Part shown: positions 57,148-64,000 of the stretch, piece after piece
Layout of the letters: the number at the start of each line of letters is the position of its first letter
Numbering within the stretch: the stretch's first letter is position 1
Source: an uncultured Methanosarcinales archaeon
Lineage (GTDB): Archaea; Nanobdellota; Nanobdellia; Woesearchaeales; ARS49
DNA: 64,000 bases
Reading direction: 5' to 3'
NCBI GenBank assembly: GCA_964617195.1
Contig: CAZTVK010000019.1
Span: forward strand, 225,019 to 289,018
Made by a program: the position numbers and the translations under genes
Notes under the pieces: generated by a model
The model's database searches: none
Seen by the model: only the letters and a program-made list of their open reading frames with translations
Told to the model about the DNA's origin: nothing

Positions 57148-58227
57148 TTATTTTCGCACAGCGTCTTCATAATGGCGGATTAATTTAGGAATCAGCGCAT
57201 CAGGGCTGTGATATTTCAGCATCCAATCACGCGCCTTCATGCCTATTTTCTTAAGCTCGCGTTTGTGGTCGTATGCACTAGATATTTGCTCAATAATATC
57301 TTCTTTTGTTTTCGCATTAAGTACTGGAGGCATATCGTGATAGCATTCTTTGCCAATCTCCTCGTCAAAATACACCATGACTGACTTTGCACACGACATC
57401 GCCTCTGCTGTGGAAAGACCAAATGAACCGAGCTTGAACTGGTCAACAACAACGTCCGCAGCATTGTACCATTCAATTATCTGCTCCTTACTCAAGAGCG
57501 GAAGAATAGTGATTTTTTTCTCAAGGTTCAATTCCTTGATCAATTCCAATGTTTTGTCCCTGTTGTATGAGTGCGACTTCGGACCAAGATCCACCATAAC
57601 CAAGCGAGCACTTTTCTTCTGACCTATGATTTCAGCAAATCCATGCAATAACATGTCAGTTCCTTTCCCGTTCCAGTCCCATCGCGAACCGCAAAACAAA
57701 AGCAACTGTTCAGAGAATTTTTCCCTCAACGCAGTCTTTCGCGGTGAATATTTATCAGTATCAATACAGAATGGAAAATACTCTGCATTAGTCAGCTTAA
57801 GCTGGTGAACTTGTTTAATTGTATCAGGATTTGTGAAAAAAAGCACTTTTGATCTGCGATATGCTCTTCGCAAAAAGAAACCGCCAACAGTATTTGAGAC
57901 AGCCATCTCACGCAAATCGCTCCCTGTGCTGTGTGAAAACAAGGGCGCTGAGGCGAATTGGCAATACGCTGGTGAAACTGTATACGCATGGATAATATCG
58001 TACCTTTTCAATTTCTGCCTTGCCTGAAATGGAAGCATCCATTGAGGACCCATGTTCCATTCATAGACCCACTCGGGAACAGAACCATCTTCATGCGTCG
58101 GCAGCGCAGTTTTGGTTGTATTCTTATACATGTTAACAAACAAATCAGCTTCAATACCTCTTTTTCTCAGCTCTTTCACAATCGAATAAGCCACATTGCC
58201 CAAATTACCTACGTGCGCAATTCTCAT
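57148..58227 (-). CDS. Glycosyltransferase (GT-B fold, GT4-like)
   Basis: 359 aa; GT-B two-domain pattern, C-terminal E…E region. Confidence 0.6.
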   Translation of the reverse strand: MRIAHVGNLGNVAYSIVKELRKRGIEADLFVNMYKNTTKTALPTHEDGSVPEWVYEWNMGPQWMLPFQARQKLKRYDIIHAYTVSPAYCQFASAPLFSHSTGSDLREMAVSNTVGGFFLRRAYRRSKVLFFTNPDTIKQVHQLKLTNAEYFPFCIDTDKYSPRKTALREKFSEQLLLFCGSRWDWNGKGTDMLLHGFAEIIGQKKSARLVMVDLGPKSHSYNRDKTLELIKELNLEKKITILPLLSKEQIIEWYNAADVVVDQFKLGSFGLSTAEAMSCAKSVMVYFDEEIGKECYHDMPPVLNAKTKEDIIEQISSAYDHKRELKKIGMKARDWMLKYHSPDALIPKLIRHYEDAVRK

Positions 58228-59057
58228 CCGAGCACCTTCTGAAGACCTTCTCGAAGCGACGTTTTTGGAGTAAATACGAGAAGTTTGCGCATTGACGTGA
58301 TATCAGCAACCATATCAAGGTTGGGTTTTACGTTTTTAGAAAAAACAGGTTTCTTTCCCAATAACTCGCCCGCACTATTAGCTATTTCCTTAATTTGCAC
58401 CGCGCTTCCTGCTATCAATATACGCAATGGAGGATTTCGAAGCAAGCAGAGCCGCTTCAATGCTTCTGCAACATCTTCGATATATGTCACGGAGAGTCGC
58501 GGACCTCCGTCTTCGTTTGTTGCAATTGGCTGCTGTTCCTGCACTTTTTTGATCAAACGAGGAACCAGACGCTGCGGCGATTGTCCAGGGCCATACGGGA
58601 AGAACAAATAAGCAATTGACACTTTGAAATGTCTCTGATACTTGAGAACTTCTTTCTCAGCAGCATCTTTGCTTTCAGCATACTTGTCAACGGGGCTTCG
58701 AACAGTATTTTCCGTGATTGGAAAATTTGAACGCTGAAACACGCCTCCAGTAGAAATGTAAATGAATTTTTTAACGTGAGCCTTTTTTGATGCCTTCAGC
58801 AACATTTTCGTGCCTCCGACGTTGATCCGATACCCTTTTCCTGGTTGGCTTTTAAACATCTCAGGCAAGGCAGTCGCAACATGCACAACAACATCGATGT
58901 TTTTCAAGTCAACTTTTTTTTGTTTCGCCAAATCTATCCGAATCAATCCTTGTTTTTTCTGACTGCTCGTGCCGCGCACTTGAAAAAATGCTGATAATTT
59001 TCGTGCAAGAGCAGTGCCTACAAACCCTGAGACGCCTGTGATTAATACTGTTTTCAT
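58224..59057 (-). CDS. NAD(P)-dependent sugar epimerase/reductase (SDR, RmlD-like size)
   Basis: 277 aa; ITGVSGFVG Rossmann, YAESK. Confidence 0.7.
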   Translation of the reverse strand: MKTVLITGVSGFVGTALARKLSAFFQVRGTSSQKKQGLIRIDLAKQKKVDLKNIDVVVHVATALPEMFKSQPGKGYRINVGGTKMLLKASKKAHVKKFIYISTGGVFQRSNFPITENTVRSPVDKYAESKDAAEKEVLKYQRHFKVSIAYLFFPYGPGQSPQRLVPRLIKKVQEQQPIATNEDGGPRLSVTYIEDVAEALKRLCLLRNPPLRILIAGSAVQIKEIANSAGELLGKKPVFSKNVKPNLDMVADITSMRKLLVFTPKTSLREGLQKVLG

Positions 59058-59069
59058 AGATACACCATC

Positions 59070-60059
59070 TTAAATGTTCTTGACAATCATTTTTTTCATA
59101 TTTCGAATAATTGCATTCTTCCATCCGCTTATCTCCTTCGTAAACGTGTACACTTCACAAAAACTTCCGCCCCATTTCTGCTTAAACCTGTAAATTCCCT
59201 CTTCTTTCGAGCCGGGAGCTGGCTTTGGGTTACAGCCGCCTAAATCATAAACTTTGTATCCTTTTGCATGGCCCCAACAAATGATTTCCCACTTCAGCAA
59301 GTCATTCGCATACAAAGTCTTGTACTGTTCATCACGACCGGCGCCGATCTCTCTGATAAAACCGCCCTTATGCATAACTCCCATACCTGCAATAATTTTC
59401 CCTTGGTATTCGGCAAGAAAAACATTGTAGTCAGGACCAAAATGCTTGCAACAGTTTAAAATGTCCTGATACGGCCCGGTTGCAAAGCCCAACTTTTTCC
59501 TGCTAGACTTCAACAAATTGTAATAGCCTTCAAAATCAGTTTCTGAAACAGCAACACGAACCGTCACGTCTTCGCGCTTTGCCTTATTCACCAGCTTCCG
59601 CGCCTCTTTCTTCACATTTTTCAACAATGTTGCCTCATCCTTTGACAAATCAACCAGAAAAGTCCCCCATATCTGTTTTTCAAAACCGTTAGCTTCCAAT
59701 ATATCAATCAACAAGGCATCCTGCGGTCTGCGCAAGTCATTCACAAAAAAAGAAACACAGCCAAGCTTTCGTGCAAAATCAATCCCCTCTTTTACAAAAT
59801 CCTCAGCATCACCAGTTGGGCTGCCATACGCATGCAGAGAGCTGAAAAACCAGCCAATCGGCTTCAGCCAATGAAACTGAGGAGCGCGCGCAACCAAATT
59901 CTGCCTTATCAAAATCCAGTACCCGGTACTGCGCGCAATAAAAACAGGGGAACTCTCTGAATTCAAGCCAGCCCAGCTCTCTGACGCATACAAACTACCA
60001 CCATGGACTTTCCCATCCGGGTATTTCTCAATACGAACATTCATAGAAACCTGATTCAC
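59070..60059 (-). CDS. FemAB-family/GNAT-fold aminoacyl- or acyl-transferase-like protein
   Basis: 329 aa; tandem GNAT-like halves typical of FemAB/BioF2-like (Acetyltransf_6) proteins. Confidence 0.45.
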   Translation of the reverse strand: MNQVSMNVRIEKYPDGKVHGGSLYASESWAGLNSESSPVFIARSTGYWILIRQNLVARAPQFHWLKPIGWFFSSLHAYGSPTGDAEDFVKEGIDFARKLGCVSFFVNDLRRPQDALLIDILEANGFEKQIWGTFLVDLSKDEATLLKNVKKEARKLVNKAKREDVTVRVAVSETDFEGYYNLLKSSRKKLGFATGPYQDILNCCKHFGPDYNVFLAEYQGKIIAGMGVMHKGGFIREIGAGRDEQYKTLYANDLLKWEIICWGHAKGYKVYDLGGCNPKPAPGSKEEGIYRFKQKWGGSFCEVYTFTKEISGWKNAIIRNMKKMIVKNI

Positions 60060-60063
60060 GTAA

Positions 60064-60729
60064 ATGTTTATAAATTCAGTGGCTACAATTAATACGATGT
60101 ACTGGAAAATACGAGCACTCTGGAAAAAATACCCTAACTACTTCTGGGGAGACCAATTAGATGTACGATACTATTTATGTGAACAGATTTCGAAGCTTAA
60201 AAGAAAACGCATACTTGACATTGGCTGCAACATAGGAATCATTTCAGGATGTGCAGACAAAACAAACGCTATAATCGGAATTGATACTGACAGAAAATCA
60301 ATCGCAATCGCAAAGAGCCTAAATCCGCACAGCACTTATCTCTCAAAAGATTTCTGGAAATTTAAAACAAACCCTGTTGACGCAGTTTTGTTTGTGAATA
60401 TGATAGAAATATTCCAGCGAGAACAAAGAAAAAAACTCATACAACACATTGCAAGTTATCTTAGAAAAAATGGAACGCTATACCTCACAACGCCTAACAG
60501 AAACAACCCATACTACCAAAAGCATCCAAACAAATTAACACCTGAAGAATTACTTGGCCACCTAACTCCCCATTTCAAAGTTGAGCATGTCGTATTCTGG
60601 AATCCAATTAGCGTACATGCAGGCCATCTTGCTTTCTTTCCAGGCGCGTATACCCTGATGAAATGGATTTCACTCTTATTTCAAAGCAAAAAAAGCGTCA
60701 GCATTTACATCAAAGCACGAAAGCGCTAA
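60064..60729 (+). CDS. Class I SAM-dependent methyltransferase (second)
   Basis: 221 aa; motif I ILDIGCNIGIISG. Confidence 0.65.
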   Translation: MFINSVATINTMYWKIRALWKKYPNYFWGDQLDVRYYLCEQISKLKRKRILDIGCNIGIISGCADKTNAIIGIDTDRKSIAIAKSLNPHSTYLSKDFWKFKTNPVDAVLFVNMIEIFQREQRKKLIQHIASYLRKNGTLYLTTPNRNNPYYQKHPNKLTPEELLGHLTPHFKVEHVVFWNPISVHAGHLAFFPGAYTLMKWISLLFQSKKSVSIYIKARKR

Positions 60730-62207
60730 CGCTTCAAAGCCACGCGGGCAAGCTCTTTCAATTCCTTAACGTCCAACACGCGCAGCAAGAATATCAAAAT
60801 AATGTAAATTATTCCTGCAATGGCAAGCACAAGGCCCGCTTCAACGAAAACATTCAACTGCAGAATCTTTTTCAGCCAAAACATCGACCCGATCATGGCC
60901 AAACAACACAACACGTTCTTCATCCAAGACCAAACAGGAGAAACAACAGCCAAATGACGATGCAAATGCCAAGCGCTCATTATTAACAATAACAGCAATG
61001 ACAAACTTGTCGCCGCTGCAGCACCCGCAATGCCATATGACGGAATAAACAAGAAGTTCAAAACTACATTCACAATTGCCACAATGCCAACAAAGCGCGT
61101 GACAAGGCCGGGCTTTCCACTAGCATTGAAATAACTCAAATTCACCTGCGCAATAATGTTCATCAAAGCACCAATACTCAAAATCCGCAAAGGCATAGCA
61201 GCAGAAACATAATCCGCGCCGAATATTGTCTGAATAATAAGCTCGGGGAAAGTCACCATAACTGCCACAGCAGGCAGAGCAATTACGATCCCATACTTAT
61301 ACAATAATCTAAACGCCTCCTTGATACGATCCTTCAATTTCCGAGCAAGCAATTCTGAAAATAACGGCAGAGTAATCGTTGTAATAGCAGCGCTCAAATA
61401 AAGCAATAAATTGGAAATAGGAACTGCGGCATTGTAGATGCCTACATCAGCAACAGACTTCATGCGAGTCAACATCAAGGAGTCAGTATATTGCAGGATG
61501 AACGGACCAATGCCTGCCAAGAACACCTTCGCGCCAAATGAAAAAACTCTTCGCAAAAACTCGAAATTCCATTTAATCGGAACTCCCCACTGAGTCAAAC
61601 GAGCAAAAGAAGGCGCCCAAAGAACAACAATGCTTGCATAACTAAGAAGCAAGGCTAATGCCGGTGCTCTCACATTTGGAACTACCTGTAATAGGCCAAA
61701 AGTGTACACTAGCAGCAATAAAGGTTGCACGACACCCATAACTGCATACTGCCTAGGCTTCTGAAATCCAATATAGACTGAAGTAAGTAAAGCGTGCAGT
61801 GTACCAACCAAGAATACAAACGAAAACAGAATAAAAATACCACTTAAACCAGACTGTTTGAAAAAGTAAGTCTCAATAGAAGAACTCCAAAGCATAACAA
61901 ACAGAAGAATCAGCAAAGAAACAACCAAACTATACAAAGCGGATACAAGCACAGTCAACTTAATCTTTCCGTACTCCTTTTTAATCATCCATTCAGGAAT
62001 AAACTTAATCAACGCGCTTGTAGTTCCGATGTCACGGATAATAAACGCCAGAGAAAAGAAAGAAAGCATAGCATAATACAGACCATACTCTGCGACGCTC
62101 AAATTCTTAGTCAATAAAACCCTGAAAAGAAACCCGCACAAAGTCCCAATCACATACATGCCCAACACAGAACCAATTCCCCATACAGCACGGCGAAGGA
62201 ACGTCAT
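60726..62207 (-). CDS. wzx: Wzx-type polysaccharide/oligosaccharide flippase (MOP superfamily)
   Basis: ~494 aa from ATG 62207 (4-nt overlap with GT4 stop); 12-14 TM helices, polysacc_synt family pattern. Confidence 0.8.
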   Translation of the reverse strand: MTFLRRAVWGIGSVLGMYVIGTLCGFLFRVLLTKNLSVAEYGLYYAMLSFFSLAFIIRDIGTTSALIKFIPEWMIKKEYGKIKLTVLVSALYSLVVSLLILLFVMLWSSSIETYFFKQSGLSGIFILFSFVFLVGTLHALLTSVYIGFQKPRQYAVMGVVQPLLLLVYTFGLLQVVPNVRAPALALLLSYASIVVLWAPSFARLTQWGVPIKWNFEFLRRVFSFGAKVFLAGIGPFILQYTDSLMLTRMKSVADVGIYNAAVPISNLLLYLSAAITTITLPLFSELLARKLKDRIKEAFRLLYKYGIVIALPAVAVMVTFPELIIQTIFGADYVSAAMPLRILSIGALMNIIAQVNLSYFNASGKPGLVTRFVGIVAIVNVVLNFLFIPSYGIAGAAAATSLSLLLLLIMSAWHLHRHLAVVSPVWSWMKNVLCCLAMIGSMFWLKKILQLNVFVEAGLVLAIAGIIYIILIFLLRVLDVKELKELARVALKR

Positions 62208-63271
62208 TTTATATCCCTCAGCACACTCTGCATCTTGCCAACAATCACATCCCAATCGAACTTCTTGCGAACGGTTTTCTGTGATTTGGTGCCAAACTTT
62301 TCACGCAACTTAGCATTCTTAACCAGCACAGAAATTTTATTGCGCAATGCTTTTGTGTCGCCAGCTTTGACTAAAAATCCACTTTTTCCGTTGTCAATAA
62401 TCTCGCGCGTGCCGCCAACATCAGTCGCAACAACAGCCAAACCCATCGCGCCAGCTTCAAGAACGGCAGTAGGCAAGCCCTCGCCATAAGACGGATTCAC
62501 AAGAATATCCGAATTAGCAAGAACATCACGCACATCTTTAGCATCTTTCTCGCCCACAAATTTTCCACCGAGCTTTTTCAGCTCACTCTCGTACGGACCT
62601 TTGCCAACAATAACTACTTCCGCTTTCAAGCCTTTAGCAGCTTTCAGCAAATCTTGCACGCCCTTCTCCTTAATTAACCGACCAACAAATGCTATCCGGA
62701 TACCAGTATGCTTTTTTCTTTTACCATCAAAAAACTTTGTGTCAACGCCGTTGTAAAGAACATCGCACTTGCGAGCTCCTAATTTCTTCCCAAAATTACA
62801 CGACGCCTTAGAAACACCAGCAACGCGAGCATGCTTCAAAATCCACCTGCCAAAAACAGCATCAACAGTCCTGACTCCTGCCTGAATAATGAGATTATCA
62901 TACGGCTGCTGAGTACCATGCTCGACATGCAGCCAAGGAATATCATGACGGTGCGCATACAAGCCAGCAGCAAAAGACAACGGGTAAAAACGCGTGTGCG
63001 TAACAACCGCATCAACCTTTCCAATCTTTTTAAAAACATCAGACACAGGAGAAAGCTGAAGCGTAAGCCTATCAGACAACAATTCAACAGAAGGAATACG
63101 CAAAACAGAAACTCCATCAATCTTCTCATTATTCTTCAAGCCAGGCAAACTAGAAGTCACAACCCACACTTTGTGACCGCGCTTCACCAATCTTTTTGCT
63201 GTATTATGAACATAATTCTCCACGCCGCCCTTATGCGGAAGAAAATACGAAGAAAAAATAAGGATTCTCAT
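62204..63271 (-). CDS. Glycosyltransferase family 4
   Basis: 355 aa; N-terminal HKGGVE, C-terminal GEGLPTAVLEAGAMGLAVVAT EX7E motif. Confidence 0.85.
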   Translation of the reverse strand: MRILIFSSYFLPHKGGVENYVHNTAKRLVKRGHKVWVVTSSLPGLKNNEKIDGVSVLRIPSVELLSDRLTLQLSPVSDVFKKIGKVDAVVTHTRFYPLSFAAGLYAHRHDIPWLHVEHGTQQPYDNLIIQAGVRTVDAVFGRWILKHARVAGVSKASCNFGKKLGARKCDVLYNGVDTKFFDGKRKKHTGIRIAFVGRLIKEKGVQDLLKAAKGLKAEVVIVGKGPYESELKKLGGKFVGEKDAKDVRDVLANSDILVNPSYGEGLPTAVLEAGAMGLAVVATDVGGTREIIDNGKSGFLVKAGDTKALRNKISVLVKNAKLREKFGTKSQKTVRKKFDWDVIVGKMQSVLRDIK

Positions 63272-63594
63272 TTCTTTAGGGCGATTTCCCTTACTAATTT
63301 GGTAATCTCGTGCTCCAACTTGTCGATTTTCATATTTTGCTGGAAGACCAAGTAAAACAACATCATGATGGCGATGTATACTATAAGATCAATACCCCTG
63401 CCAACGCCAATCGGGCGAGACAACGCGTCAATAATAGGCGTAACAGAGACAATCAGCAAAACCGCGAACCAGACGAAAAACCAGAAAATCGCAGTCTTCA
63501 AAGGCAACTTCTTCGTCTTCCACAAAGCCATAATGCGAGCTATGTGAATCGCTGCAAAAACAAACGCTGCAATCTGAATCGGTTGTAAGCTCAT
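63268..63594 (-). CDS. Small 3-TM membrane protein (DUF2304-like, glycosyltransferase-associated)
   Basis: 108 aa; overlaps GT genes on both sides. Confidence 0.45.
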   Translation of the reverse strand: MSLQPIQIAAFVFAAIHIARIMALWKTKKLPLKTAIFWFFVWFAVLLIVSVTPIIDALSRPIGVGRGIDLIVYIAIMMLFYLVFQQNMKIDKLEHEITKLVREIALKK

Positions 63595-64000
63595 TTTGTC
63601 AACTTATGCAAAAGCATCCTGTAAAAAATCTTAATCGCGTTAAAGCTGCTCTGCCCATGCTGTTTACTATACTCAGTGTATTTAATAATTACGGGAACCT
63701 CAACAAAACGCAAGTGATTCTTCTTAATTTCAGACAAAATCTCGCTCGCATGCTCCATCTGATCCATGGAAATATCTATCTGCTCGGCGGCATGACTGGA
63801 AAATGCGCGAAAACCATTATGCACATCAGTCAGCCTAATACCGTAAAACATCCACACGACAATAATACCAGTCTTCAGCACAAGCTTGCGGAAAAACGGA
63901 ATCTCAGTACCCTTTGACAAGAAACGACTGCCCAAAGAAACATCAACCTCGCCTCTCTTCACAGGCTCAATAACTCTAGGAATGTCCTCAACACGATGCT
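63591..64000 (-). CDS. GT2-family glycosyltransferase (dolichyl-phosphate sugar synthase-like), 5'-partial in window
   Basis: C-terminal part with GT2 blocks (TDVHNGFRAF); reading frame stays open to window end. Confidence 0.7.
   Translation of the reverse strand, partial: HRVEDIPRVIEPVKRGEVDVSLGSRFLSKGTEIPFFRKLVLKTGIIVVWMFYGIRLTDVHNGFRAFSSHAAEQIDISMDQMEHASEILSEIKKNHLRFVEVPVIIKYTEYSKQHGQSSFNAIKIFYRMLLHKLTK

Noticed and set aside
1-64000. CRISPR arrays, rRNA genes, IS elements or integrase/transposase genes
   Set aside because: No spaced direct-repeat arrays, no rRNA-like conserved stretches, no transposase/integrase-like ORFs or terminal inverted repeats were recognisable.

Overview
Gene-dense, leaderless-promoter, strongly strand-biased (coding strand A-rich) archaeal chromosome segment, most consistent with a small-genome (DPANN-like) archaeon; about 60 genes, many coupled by 4-nt ATGA overlaps. 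Content in order: RadB; a surface/glycosylation island (three GT-C-fold membrane glycosyltransferase-like paralogs interleaved with two membrane-anchored paralogous extracellular proteins, one 707 aa and sequon-rich); aMBF1; ABC-2 transporter; translation genes (cysS, split Trm4-like m5C methyltransferase plus PUA protein, valS, glyS, bacterial-type aspS followed by gatCAB, tRNA-Phe); RFC large subunit; a decayed ABC-ATPase remnant; an archaeal type IV pilus/archaellum-like locus (FlaJ-like and unusually long FlaI-like ATPase) flanked by two coiled-coil proteins and four tandem paralogous 4-TM proteins of unknown family; translin, HAD; HerA-Mre11; a tandem-duplicated Lys-rich 78-aa protein; GTPase/DUF2073/Zn-ribbon triad; two small Cys-containing secreted proteins; AbrB-PhoU regulator; a ~240-nt intergenic region with seven consecutive hairpins downstream of a TATA box (ncRNA candidate); DHH phosphoesterase; and a ~20-kb glycan biosynthesis cluster (WecB/WecC, WbpB/D/E-like diacetamido-uronic acid pathway, a second aminotransferase/acetyltransferase pair, 4 GT4 + 1 GT2 glycosyltransferases, 2 methyltransferases, FemAB-like protein, Wzx flippase). 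No CRISPR array, rRNA or obvious mobile element was seen.
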